IMG/VR virus record: IMGVR_UViG_3300037193_002017
Span: 1 to 64,000 of that record
From: a virus
Reading direction: 5' to 3' (one strand)
DNA: 64,000 bases
How positions within the stretch are numbered: the first letter of the stretch is position 1; every line of letters starts with the position of its first letter. A program made the translations under genes and the position numbers. The notes beneath the pieces were generated by a model. That model was not told the DNA's origin and made no database searches. It worked only from the letters and a program-made list of their open reading frames with translations. Below, piece after piece: positions 20,239 through 29,060 of the stretch.

Positions 20239-20901
20239 ATGATTCGCTCTGTGGTCTTCGACGTCGGTGAGTGCCTTGTAGACGAGACACGGGAGTACGG
20301 CACCTGGGCCGACTGGCTGGACGTACCCCGACACACCTTCGCCGCGATGTTCGGCGCGGTCATCGCGCAGGGCCGCGACTACCGCGAGACCTTCCAGGAG
20401 TTCCGCCCCGGGTTCGACCTGTACGAGGAGCGGGAGAAGCGGGCCCAGGCCGGGAAGCCGGAGACCTTCGGTGAGGAGGACCTCTATGCCGATGTCCGGC
20501 CCGCGTTCCGCCAGCTGCGCGCGGACGGGCTGTGGCTCGGGATCGCGGGCAACCAGACCGTACGGGCCGGGGGGATCCTGCGCGAGCTGTTCACGGCGGA
20601 CGTGGACCTGATCGGCACCTCGGACGACTGGGGCGCCAGCAAGCCGGACCCTGAGTTCTTCCGCCGCGTCGCCGAGGTGACCCCCTTCGCCAACGACGAG
20701 ATCCTCTACGTCGGTGACCGCGTCGACAACGACCTGCGCCCAGGAGCCGAGGCCGGCATGCACACCGCGCTCGTTCACCGAGGCCCGTGGGCGACGATCC
20801 AGTGGAACACCGAGGAAGCGCGGAAGTTGCCCACCTTCCGGGTGGAGAGCCTCCTCGAGCTGCCCGGCCTGATCGCCGAGTTCAACGAGCAAGCGCGCTG
20901 A
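20239..20901 (+). CDS. HAD-superfamily hydrolase
   Basis: FDVGECLVD motif I, KP.PEFF, YVGDRVDND motif IV. Confidence 0.92.
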   Translation: MIRSVVFDVGECLVDETREYGTWADWLDVPRHTFAAMFGAVIAQGRDYRETFQEFRPGFDLYEEREKRAQAGKPETFGEEDLYADVRPAFRQLRADGLWLGIAGNQTVRAGGILRELFTADVDLIGTSDDWGASKPDPEFFRRVAEVTPFANDEILYVGDRVDNDLRPGAEAGMHTALVHRGPWATIQWNTEEARKLPTFRVESLLELPGLIAEFNEQAR

Positions 20902-22111
20902 CCGTCGTCGTCCACCCATACAACCGGTCGTCGAGGTCACGCACGCACGCCTCGTGCTGGTGCGGGGCGAGTGAACGCCGCACCTCGCGTACCCGGTCCA
21001 TGCCCATCGCGTACCAGGTGCGCTCGAGCTGATCGAGCGCACGCCGCGCGTACCCGCATGCGGCTTCGGGGTCTCCTGCCGCGGCCTCGACGGCGGCCAG
21101 GTCCCCGAGGATGACGGTGGTCTGCTTCTCTTCGCTCGGGTCCAGGTCCTCGAGGACGCCGAGCAGCGTGGTGCGGGCCTGCGGCAAGTGGCCGGCCTTC
21201 AGCTGGGTGTTGCCCTTGAAGGCGGCCAGGCGTACGGGGCTGAACCAGTCGAGCCACTCCGGGACCTCGTGGCTGCCGCCTGCGGCGAGGACGGTCTCGG
21301 CGTGGCCGATCAGGTGGAGCGCGGTGCGGGTGTTGCCGCACCGCGTCTCGCACTCCGCTTCAACGGCGTCCAGCCAGGCCAGCATCTCTGCCGGGGCGGG
21401 TCCTCGGCGAGCGTAGGTACGGGCCGCGACCATACGCTCCACGGCAGCGTCGCGGTGGCCCTCCCATGCCGGGATGAACGCGGTGTGTGCCAGGACCGCC
21501 GCGCCGAGCAGGGGGTCATCGGCCTCGCCACCGGCCTGGAGCGCCCGGAGCAAGGTCTGTTGGGCGCGGTCGGCGTCGCGGAGGTCGAAGAACTCGATGC
21601 GTCCGGCGAGTAGCCAGGTCTCTGCGAGGGCGGCGGCGACCGCGCGGCGGGTCTGTCCCGCCGTCTCTGAGAGCAGGGCGCAGCCGAGGGAGGCATGCGC
21701 GAGTGCGGCTGGGTGCAGGGTGGCCGGGGCCACGGACCAGTACAGCCGCCGGTGTGAGCGGGTGACGGCCGCGAAGTCCTCGGCGACAGAGGCGGGCTGC
21801 ATGGCGATCGCCTGAGTGGGGACTGCGACGAGCCCGACCGCGGCTGCTGTGGCCGCGAGCACCGTACGGCGTCCGTTGCCCGTCTGTACTCCCGGGGGTG
21901 GGTTGAATCCGAGGGATTCCAGGTCCTGGCCGAGGAGGCGTATGAGAGCCTGGGCCACCTCGGATTGCGGCCAGGGCGGGGTGTCGGACTCCCATCGCCG
22001 TACCTGCCTCACGCCGACTCCGAGTGCATCGGCCAGGGCCTGCTGGGAGTGGTAACCGGCTGCGATCCTCGCGGCCTTCAGCCGGGTGTTACCTGGGGTG
22101 CTGGCCACCAT
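20882..22111 (-). CDS. XRE-family HTH regulator with C-terminal TPR-like domain
   Basis: RLKAAR...SQQALADALGVGVRQVRRWES followed by helical repeats. Confidence 0.88.
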   Translation of the reverse strand: MVASTPGNTRLKAARIAAGYHSQQALADALGVGVRQVRRWESDTPPWPQSEVAQALIRLLGQDLESLGFNPPPGVQTGNGRRTVLAATAAAVGLVAVPTQAIAMQPASVAEDFAAVTRSHRRLYWSVAPATLHPAALAHASLGCALLSETAGQTRRAVAAALAETWLLAGRIEFFDLRDADRAQQTLLRALQAGGEADDPLLGAAVLAHTAFIPAWEGHRDAAVERMVAARTYARRGPAPAEMLAWLDAVEAECETRCGNTRTALHLIGHAETVLAAGGSHEVPEWLDWFSPVRLAAFKGNTQLKAGHLPQARTTLLGVLEDLDPSEEKQTTVILGDLAAVEAAAGDPEAACGYARRALDQLERTWYAMGMDRVREVRRSLAPHQHEACVRDLDDRLYGWTTTVSALAR

Positions 22112-22295
22112 TCACCTCCATATCGGGCACGCAGCAAGTGTCCTCGGAGGTCCTCAGTCTGGCTACTCGTCACCCGGTAGGCCTACAGAAAGTCCGCTTC
22201 TCGGCCGCAAGAAGGCCTCTTGAAGTCCTCGGAAGGCGTCGATACGAGGGCCACCCTTGTAGACACCTGATTCCCTCTGGTGCCGAGGAGCCCGG

Positions 22296-22685
22296 ATGTC
22301 CGCGACTGCCTTATCGACCACGTTGGCCTGCACGCTGCAGACCGCAGGCGAGGACTGGGACGCGATCCGTACGCCGAAGAGCCTTGGTCTCGCCGCGATG
22401 GCGATCCTGGGTTCGCGGTGCGGGGCCGTGGTCGAGGACTCCTCCGGCGCCGTCGTCTACTTCTTCACTCCGTGTGGCACGGCATCCAGGTGGTCTGTTG
22501 ACCACGCTCAGGCGGTTGAGGAAGGGGACACCGTGCCGGTTCCGCCGGCGCGTCGGACTCAGGGCCCGGGCCCGCACTGGCGGATGTGCCCGGGCGAAGG
22601 CCGCATGCTCACCGACCCGGATGCCCTGAAGGCGGCGCTCGAGGACGCCTTCGGACCGCGGGTCGGGGATGAACAGGCGGACTGA
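22296..22685 (+). CDS. Hypothetical protein, divergent from the XRE gene; contains a TTA codon
   Basis: RBS GAGGAG; AGEDWDAIR..., VP.P.RT.GPGPHW, LTDP..L motifs. Confidence 0.7.
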   Translation: MSATALSTTLACTLQTAGEDWDAIRTPKSLGLAAMAILGSRCGAVVEDSSGAVVYFFTPCGTASRWSVDHAQAVEEGDTVPVPPARRTQGPGPHWRMCPGEGRMLTDPDALKAALEDAFGPRVGDEQAD

Positions 22686-22846
22686 CTTCTGTGCCCCGGC
22701 GACCGCCGGCCGCGGTCCCGGGGCAATGGCCGACCTGATCGGAGCAGATCGACAATGCATCTTGTATCACAGGCCCTCGCATGGGCCAGAGGTTCGCACT
22801 CTCACGCCTTCCCCTGCCGTGCTGTGGCTCACGGGGAGGACGCCCG

Positions 22847-23041
22847 GTGACCACCATGGACCGCGCCCCCATCGGGCTGAGCCTGCCCCTTGAGGACCCC
22901 GAGCCCGTATCCGACTGCAAGGAATGCGCTGCTCTGGGGCACCAGCGCTCCGAGGCCCGGGCACAGGGCGACATGTCACGGGTCTCGGACTGCAACGTCC
23001 GTATGCGCGCGCATCACCCGCGGCAGAAGCGGAGGAGGTGA
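22847..23041 (+). CDS. Small Cys/His-containing hypothetical protein
   Basis: GTG after GGAGG; CxxC...SDCNV.MR.H. Confidence 0.6.
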   Translation: MTTMDRAPIGLSLPLEDPEPVSDCKECAALGHQRSEARAQGDMSRVSDCNVRMRAHHPRQKRRR

Positions 23042-23043
23042 CC

Positions 23044-23226
23044 ATGGAGACTCGCCAGCCCGCTCGCGTCGGTGGCTGGTGCTCATGGCACGAGGCCTAC
23101 GACCGTACCGCCCGCCCCGTACGAGAGCTCGAGGACCAGGGTTCCGGTCACGGCACCGGCGACCTGTCCGCGTGCGCTTCCTGCCGCGAGGCATACGAAC
23201 TGACACCGATAGGCAGCCGCACATGA
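23044..23226 (+). CDS. Small Cys-rich hypothetical protein
   Basis: RBS GGAGG; GWCSWH...ACASCRE. Confidence 0.62.
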   Translation: METRQPARVGGWCSWHEAYDRTARPVRELEDQGSGHGTGDLSACASCREAYELTPIGSRT

Positions 23227-23600
23227 GCACTACGGCCCGAGGCATTCCAGACGCCGAGGCGGGCGCCCTGCCCATCGACCTTGCCGTCATGCGGGAAGCG
23301 GCGGCCCGGATGCCTGCGGAGGGTGGCGGGGCACCGCTGTCCGACGAGGATCTGGAGACACTGAGGCTCCAGCTGCGGGGGCACCTGTCCCTTCTTGTAC
23401 TCGCCGTTGAGGAAGCGGCCGACGGCCTCCCGGAAGGGGGCGAGGCACGCAGGTTGGCCCGCGCATTCGTCTTCGCGGCACGGGCACATCTCCGCCTCGG
23501 ACGCGGCGACACACGGCTTGTGCGCCTGTCGGTGGTGCGCAAGTTAGCCGACTCGGTGCGCACGCTGTGCGGCCATATGGAGAGGACGACCGCTTCCTGA
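23223..23600 (+). CDS. Hypothetical protein (DUF6415-like)
   Basis: PIDL..MR..A, L..LRGHL.LL...VE, KLA.SV..LC.H pattern recognised from memory. Confidence 0.65.
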   Translation: MSTTARGIPDAEAGALPIDLAVMREAAARMPAEGGGAPLSDEDLETLRLQLRGHLSLLVLAVEEAADGLPEGGEARRLARAFVFAARAHLRLGRGDTRLVRLSVVRKLADSVRTLCGHMERTTAS

Positions 23601-23753
23601 GCCCCCTGCTGCCGGGCCACGGAACCTTCCCCCGGCGGCAGGCGTCGCCCCAGTGCCGCAACGAGGGCGACAGGCGGTGACCCGTGCGCCGGCACCCCCG
23701 AACGGCCGCGGGTCACCGCACCAGTTGGCCTTCGATGCCGGCGAGAGCGGCTA

Positions 23754-24032
23754 TCACCCCGTTGCCGAGGATCCCCCCGCGCTGGTCACAGGGCCCCGCA
23801 CGAGATCGGACAGCGGCACGCCGACGACACGGGCGATGGCGTTGAGGGTGTCCAGGGTGGGATTTGCTACGCCGGATTCAACCTCTTGGTAGTAGCTGCG
23901 GGCCAGCGGCACCGCGAGGTAGACGTCCTCCTGAGTCAGGTTGTGGTGCAGACGCGTGTCGCGGATGCATCTGCCGACCCGCTGGCGTTCGAGGAGGATC
24001 CACTCGCGGTCGTCGGGCAGGTCGCTGGGCAC
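23754..24032 (-). CDS. XRE-family HTH protein
   Basis: IRDTR...NLTQE......ARSYYQEVESG.ANPTLDTL.AIA. Confidence 0.85.
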   Translation of the reverse strand: MPSDLPDDREWILLERQRVGRCIRDTRLHHNLTQEDVYLAVPLARSYYQEVESGVANPTLDTLNAIARVVGVPLSDLVRGPVTSAGGSSATG

Positions 24033-24212
24033 TCGACACACGCTCTGAGCTGCGTGATCATATGTCAGCCCGGTGACACCGGGCTTTTTCTGATCTTTCT
24101 CAGTGTGGATAGAGGCTTCTGGGGCAGGAGGATCCCGTGGCGTGAGCAGCGTGCAGCCCCGAGCCCTGCGGCACTCTGACCGAGACCGCAGGGCTACACA
24201 GCCTGCCAGAAA

Positions 24213-24228
24213 TCGAACTTTTGTTCAC
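24213..24228. promoter_or_regulatory. Putative LexA (SOS) box
   Basis: TCGAACTTTTGTTCAC versus actinobacterial TCGAAC-N4-GTTCGA; core GAAC-N4-GTTC intact. Confidence 0.5.
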
Positions 24229-24251
24229 ACGAACGGGTGACTGACGAGGGC

Positions 24252-24437
24252 ATGGAAAGCGCGTTAGACATACCGAGGCCCACCCCCCACCCCGACGTGC
24301 CAGGCCGTCCCACGTGGTGCCCCCCTCTGCGGCGGCCTGGCACTGAGGGTGGCCCCCGCTCTCGCGTCGGCGCTGGGCGCGGGGATCGTTGCCTTCTGGT
24401 CCTGACCTGCGCAGACGTCATGATCATTTGGGCGTGA
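24252..24437 (+). CDS. Possible small ORF downstream of the SOS box
   Basis: ATG after GAGGG; contains TTA; weak coding signal. Confidence 0.3.
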   Translation: MESALDIPRPTPHPDVPGRPTWCPPLRRPGTEGGPRSRVGAGRGDRCLLVLTCADVMIIWA

Positions 24438-24506
24438 TTTAGGCGCAGGCCTCGTGTAGCGAGGGTGTAGTCAGACTGTCTGGGGATGTAGCCAGATTGC
24501 ACACAA

Positions 24507-24550
24507 TGAAGGCCCAGGAGCGGAGACTTGCTCCGCGACCTGGGCCTTCA
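24507..24550 (-). terminator. Terminator hairpin downstream of the tRNA fragment
   Basis: TGAAGGCCCAGG...CCTGGGCCTTCA with inner GCGGAG/CTCCGC stem. Confidence 0.8.
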
Positions 24551-24561
24551 ATCGTCTGACC

Positions 24562-24615
24562 TGGTGCCCCCGGCAGGATTCGAACCTGCGACACCCGCTT
24601 TAGGAGAGCGGTGCT
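24562..24615 (-). tRNA. Truncated tRNA-Arg(CCT), 3' 54 nt only; att core at the prophage junction, not a functional gene
   Basis: Reverse complement AGCACCGCT-CTCCTAA-AGCGGGTGTCGCAGGTTCGAATCCTGCCGGGGGCACCA has anticodon arm, T arm and CCA; 5' acceptor strand and most of the D arm are missing. Confidence 0.88.
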
Positions 24616-24636
24616 GAAACACCCGGTCAGCTTCCC

Positions 24637-26013
24637 TTACATGGCTTCTGACCTGTCACGATACCCTCGCCTCCTGTTCCGCCAATCCTCCAGGAAGATC
24701 GTTTGGGCGGAATTTGGGAGATCAACTTCGGCAGGCCGCTTCACCAGGCTGACACGGCCCCACAGCGTCTCCCAGCCCAGGTTCCCCATCGCCCTCCAGA
24801 AGATCTCCTCCATGCCGTCGAGGCGCTCCTGCCGCATGTCCGGCGTCGGGTGCTGATACACGCCCTTGATGCCGGGCCGTTTGTGGCCGGCCTGCTCGAA
24901 GGCGAGCGCGGCCCGCACGCCGATCTGGTCCTGGAGCGAGTCGTGGAGGTGACGCAGGCCGCGCATCGTCAGCCCCGGCGCGAGCGGCTTCCACTCCTCG
25001 CGGTAGGAAGCACCCTGCCGCTTTTTGCGCTCGGGCCGGCCGTCGGCCGCGGGACGCAGGTACTGCTTGCCCCAGTTGTTGCGGCGCCACCACTTCCCGT
25101 TGGGCGTGCACAGCACCCAGTCGTACGGCCAGTCGGCGAGGTGGTACTGCCACAGCCGTGCCAGGAACGGCGGCAGGTCCAGGTCGCGGACGCGGTACTT
25201 GTTCTTCACGGGCTCGAGCCGCATGACGGTGCCGAGCTTCTTGCCGTCGACGTCACGGTCCTCGTACTCCGCGACCTCCTGGACGACACGCAGGACCGGG
25301 CACTCCCACATGCTGTTCCCCCACGCCTGCCTGCGGGTGAGCAGGCAGTGCTCTCGCTGCAGCCCGATTCCCTCACCCCAGTTGACCCCCGTGAACATCG
25401 TGGTGAGCACGTGCAGACCCTTGGCCGGCCCCAAGCGGTCAGCGACCTGCAGAACCGCTTCGGGGGAGTGGAGCTGCTTCTTGTCGTTGCCGCTCACGGG
25501 GACGACGGCGGGAGTGTGGTCCACCGGCTTGGTGCGCTTGCGCCCGAAGACCGGGTTGAGCGGCAGCCAGCGCGCGTCGACGGCGCCCGTGAGGATGGTG
25601 GACAGCAGCGACACACAGTGCCCCTTGGTGACGTCGTCGCACGGCAGGCCCATCTGCCAGGAGTCGACGTCGAACCAGGTGATCGAAATCAGCGGCGCGT
25701 GCTCCCACTTCGGCAGGATGTACTTGTCGAGGTTGTCCCAGCGGGTGTCCATCGTGCGGCCCCGCTTGGGGCGCTCGGCCATGTACTTCCTGGCGAACTT
25801 CCCGAACGGTGAGCGGTACAGGTCCGGATCGATCCAGGTGCCTTCCTTGATCTTCCGTTCCTGCTCTTCACCCCACTCCTCCGCCTTGTTCTTGGTCGGG
25901 AATCCCGGCTCGCTGCCGACGCTGCCGTCGGGTTTCTTGTATCGCGCCCTCCACGTGAACTGCTTCGTCTGCTTGCCATCACGGACTTTGTAGACCTTTT
26001 GTGCGTAGGCCAT
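24637..26013 (-). CDS. int: Tyrosine recombinase (phage integrase), atypical catalytic motifs
   Basis: N-terminal arm-binding region (WRARY..PDG, GF.TK..A..W), TGxxWGE, K, xxLRH, AGH, Y.H motifs; adjacent to att. Confidence 0.92.
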   Translation of the reverse strand: MAYAQKVYKVRDGKQTKQFTWRARYKKPDGSVGSEPGFPTKNKAEEWGEEQERKIKEGTWIDPDLYRSPFGKFARKYMAERPKRGRTMDTRWDNLDKYILPKWEHAPLISITWFDVDSWQMGLPCDDVTKGHCVSLLSTILTGAVDARWLPLNPVFGRKRTKPVDHTPAVVPVSGNDKKQLHSPEAVLQVADRLGPAKGLHVLTTMFTGVNWGEGIGLQREHCLLTRRQAWGNSMWECPVLRVVQEVAEYEDRDVDGKKLGTVMRLEPVKNKYRVRDLDLPPFLARLWQYHLADWPYDWVLCTPNGKWWRRNNWGKQYLRPAADGRPERKKRQGASYREEWKPLAPGLTMRGLRHLHDSLQDQIGVRAALAFEQAGHKRPGIKGVYQHPTPDMRQERLDGMEEIFWRAMGNLGWETLWGRVSLVKRPAEVDLPNSAQTIFLEDWRNRRRGYRDRSEAM

Positions 26014-26047
26014 GTCTCTCCCCCGCCGCGCGCGCCGAAGGCCGACC

Positions 26048-26452
26048 TCAGACGGCGTGGAGGTGGCGAGGTTGGCGCACGGGGCGGCGCTCCCAGTCCG
26101 GTGATCTCTCGGACTGATGACGGGTGATTGACTTGGCGCCGCGCTCGCTGATCAGACCATGGCGCACGGTGTACGCAATGCACGTCGGGCGGTCGTCGAC
26201 CACGATGAAGACGCCGTCCGGCAGGTCTGTGCGCAGATCCATGGTGACCGGGATCTGCGGCCCGCGAGGTGTCTCCGGTGCGCGGGGCATCCACCTACGG
26301 GCCTGTTCTGTCAGGGCCTCAGCAAAAAGTGAGGCCCCTTCTTCTGTGATGTCGTCGTTGTGGAAGTGCAGGACACATCCGGTGTCGTGATCTTCGATGT
26401 ATGGCAGGAAGTACTGCCCAGGCCGACGCTCCACTCCGATGGTGAGTTGCAC
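26048..26452 (-). CDS. Hypothetical protein with internal duplication, between repressor and integrase
   Basis: GTG 26452; two similar halves. Confidence 0.6.
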   Translation of the reverse strand: MQLTIGVERRPGQYFLPYIEDHDTGCVLHFHNDDITEEGASLFAEALTEQARRWMPRAPETPRGPQIPVTMDLRTDLPDGVFIVVDDRPTCIAYTVRHGLISERGAKSITRHQSERSPDWERRPVRQPRHLHAV

Positions 26453-26550
26453 GAGTTCCCCGATCCGCCGAGTGGTGCCCCCCTCTCGGTGACGGTCCGT
26501 GCATGCAACCATACTTATTGGAGTTACGCGAGTGTCCTGCGGTAACTCCG

Positions 26551-27063
26551 CTATGGGTCTGCAACCGCGTCGGGTTCGGCGGCTAGGCCCTGCAGATGCC
26601 GACGAGCGCGCCGATAGCGCGCCGCGATCCGCTCGACCTCCTCCGGGGTGGCGCCCTTCCGGCCTTGCAGGACGACGATGATGTGCCCGTCCTCGTCATC
26701 GGGTCCCAGGTTGATGACCTGCGAGCCGAGTGTCTCGCCCGTCCTGAGCTCGTACTCGACTTCCGGCGACAGGCCCAGATCGGACGAAGAGGCCTCACTC
26801 GATGGACTCTTGCCTGACGCACTTTCGTCGAGCACCGGTCCGCCGGCCATGACGCGATCCTCGGCGCCCTCCGGCCAGCCGAGGAGTCTTGCGTACTTCC
26901 GCACGGTGGCGTTGATCCGGGTGAACTTGCCGTGCTCGATGTTCTGGATCGTGGTCCGGCTCACGCCGAGCGCCTCGGCGGCATCGCCCTGCTTGAGCCT
27001 CGGGCGTCGGCTTTCACGTGCTCTCTGAAGCTCAGAGCCAAGCCGCTTGGAGTCGTCGTCCAT
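26551..27063 (-). CDS. Immunity repressor (XRE HTH)
   Basis: Q.DAAEALGVSRTTIQNIEHG; co-oriented with the integrase, divergent from Cro. Confidence 0.85.
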   Translation of the reverse strand: MDDDSKRLGSELQRARESRRPRLKQGDAAEALGVSRTTIQNIEHGKFTRINATVRKYARLLGWPEGAEDRVMAGGPVLDESASGKSPSSEASSSDLGLSPEVEYELRTGETLGSQVINLGPDDEDGHIIVVLQGRKGATPEEVERIAARYRRARRHLQGLAAEPDAVADP

Positions 27064-27268
27064 GGGTCCCCATCATGCCTCATTTGGTTGCACGCGCGTA
27101 GCCCAGATTCGGCGCTTTGACCTGGGCATTAATGAGCATTTTGAGCCGGTTGGGTTGCACCACGGCAGTCCCACGGGTCACAGAATCTGAGCTTGAAGCC
27201 AAGATTTTCAGGGTTGGATGTAGTCAGAGTGCTTGCTTACGTAGCTAGATTGCACCTAGATTCTTGGC
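27064..27268. promoter_or_regulatory. Lysis/lysogeny switch region with repeated (G/A)TTGCAC and GTAGYYAGA motifs
   Basis: AT-richer intergenic region between divergent HTH genes; GGTTGCAC at 27086 and 27153, AGATTGCAC at 27247. Confidence 0.65.
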
Positions 27269-27472
27269 GTGAAGCCCAACGGACCTGTCATCAGAGCCAT
27301 ACGCAAGGCCAGGAAAGTGAGCCTTCGTTGGCTCCAGGACGAGACCGGCCTGGATCGGGGCTACCTCTCTCGCATGGAGCGGGGCCTCATCCAGGAGTCC
27401 GGTGACCAGCAGGTCGAACGGGTTGCCACCGCGCTGAACGTCCCCCCTGACGTGATCACCCAAGAGGAGTAA
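27269..27472 (+). CDS. Cro-like XRE HTH protein
   Basis: IRAIRKARKVSLRWLQDETGLDRGYLSRMERG. Confidence 0.85.
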   Translation: MKPNGPVIRAIRKARKVSLRWLQDETGLDRGYLSRMERGLIQESGDQQVERVATALNVPPDVITQEE

Positions 27473-27474
27473 CC

Positions 27475-27750
27475 GTGACCGGGAAGGCCACGACCCTGAC
27501 CCCCACCGGGCCCGCCCAGCACACGCCAGACCGCGCTGAGTACGAGGCCGAATTCCGCCGCTGGACCTTGGACGAGGTCATCGCGAAGCAGCTCCTGCCG
27601 TACCGGAGTCGGCGCGTGCTTCGCGACAAGTGCTACCGGCGCGAGGTCTACCACCACCTCGACGGCGGCCGGATCACCTTCACCGCCGACGACATCCGCA
27701 AAGAGAACGCCAGGACGGCAGTCACGCCCTTCGAGAAGCCCGCCGCCTGA
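27475..27750 (+). CDS. Excisionase-like (MerR-type HTH) protein
   Basis: RBS GAGGAG; WTLDEV...LR......GGRITFTADDI pattern; position after Cro. Confidence 0.65.
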   Translation: MTGKATTLTPTGPAQHTPDRAEYEAEFRRWTLDEVIAKQLLPYRSRRVLRDKCYRREVYHHLDGGRITFTADDIRKENARTAVTPFEKPAA

Positions 27751-27834
27751 CACGTGCGAAACGGGGCCGTGGACCCTGCCCGGTCCCGCGACCCCGCCGA
27801 AGAAATCGCCTCACCACTACGCAATGAGGTTCAC

Positions 27835-28467
27835 ATGGAACAGGCTACTGAGCCGACCACCACGGCCGCATCACCCGAGGTAAGAGACGCTGCCCCCCAA
27901 GGCCCCACTCTCACCGAGGCCCACGCCCTTGTCGGCCGCATCATTGCTGAACTCACCACTCACCCCCGCGACATAGACATGAAGCGGGAGATCAGCGGCG
28001 AGTACTCCGTCCACATCTTCTGGAGCGACGACGTCTCCGGCGTCCGTGCCCTCGCCGCCTGGGCTAACTGCACCTGGGACCTCGTCCCCAGCGAGTTCAA
28101 CGCCGGCACCTACGCCGAGACCCGCCCCGTCATCGATGGCGTCGAGGTCTGGGCCTGGACCCTCCTCAACGGCGACGAGGCAGCCAAGGCCGAGCACCTG
28201 CTCGCCGCCGACCGCGCAGCCCCTCCCGCCGACGCCAGCGCCCAGCCCGTACCGGCGCCGGTGCCGCTCGCGGAGTCCGCCGTCGCCCATGACCGGCCCG
28301 GCCTGTCCGGCGGGGACCCGCTGGCGTACGGGCCGACGGGTATCCGCTGCGGCTGCGGGAAGAACGCCCACTCCAACCTCGTCCCCTGCCAGCCCGACGC
28401 GGAGCCGAGCGCCCCAGACACCGTCTCCTTCGCCCCCGCCGTCCCACACGCGGGTGGTGACCGGTGA
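27835..28467 (+). CDS. Hypothetical early protein
   Basis: ATG after GAGG; operon continuity. Confidence 0.65.
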   Translation: MEQATEPTTTAASPEVRDAAPQGPTLTEAHALVGRIIAELTTHPRDIDMKREISGEYSVHIFWSDDVSGVRALAAWANCTWDLVPSEFNAGTYAETRPVIDGVEVWAWTLLNGDEAAKAEHLLAADRAAPPADASAQPVPAPVPLAESAVAHDRPGLSGGDPLAYGPTGIRCGCGKNAHSNLVPCQPDAEPSAPDTVSFAPAVPHAGGDR

Positions 28468-29060
28468 GCCGCGGCCTGCAGCAACTGCTGCACTCCCGCC
28501 TCGAGACCGTCGCCACACTCCGGGACCTGCCGCTCACCGCGCAGCAGATCGAGGTTCTGGCCCTCGACCTGACCCCCTGTGTCAAGGCCATGCTCGCCGA
28601 GAGCGACGCCCAGATCGAGGAACTCGCCCCTGTCGCCTACGCGTTGGCCGGGCCCGCCGAACCCACCGACCGGTGCGTCACCGAGTACGCGGGCTGCACC
28701 TCGGCGATCCACCCCGAAGTGGACGTCGACTGCCCGGCCGCGCTCCTCGCCCACGAACTGGCCCAGACCCAGCCGGACGTGACCGCCACCGACGTCCCCA
28801 CCCCCGCCCATCTGACGCTGACCGTACGGCCGCAGTCCGTCCGGGCCTGGACGTGGTGGCTGCACAAGATGTCCGTCCACACCGGCACCACCCTCCGGCA
28901 CGGCCCCCTCGTCACCGGCACCGGCCACTACGGCGAGATCACCGTCCACCTGCGCGGCGAGAACGTCGGCCAGCTCCTGGACGACCAAGCCGCAGCCCAG
29001 TCCGCAAACAGACTGCGCAGCTTCATCGCCCCGCCAGCCGCGCGCAGGCACCCATGGTGA
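28464..29060 (+). CDS. Hypothetical early protein
   Basis: GTGA overlap. Confidence 0.65.
   Translation: MSRGLQQLLHSRLETVATLRDLPLTAQQIEVLALDLTPCVKAMLAESDAQIEELAPVAYALAGPAEPTDRCVTEYAGCTSAIHPEVDVDCPAALLAHELAQTQPDVTATDVPTPAHLTLTVRPQSVRAWTWWLHKMSVHTGTTLRHGPLVTGTGHYGEITVHLRGENVGQLLDDQAAAQSANRLRSFIAPPAARRHPW

Larger units (their letters stand above)
1..24615. mobile_element. Prophage A, right half (siphovirus-type: capsid, tail, lysis, accessory end), ending at tRNA-Arg att core
   Basis: Co-oriented capsid, head-tail, tail, tape measure, tailspike and lysis genes, then accessory genes and a tRNA 3' fragment; left end is outside the window. Confidence 0.93.

Noticed and set aside
24562-24615. Functional tRNA-Arg gene
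   Set aside because: The 5' part is absent and replaced by integrase-proximal sequence; treated as an att core
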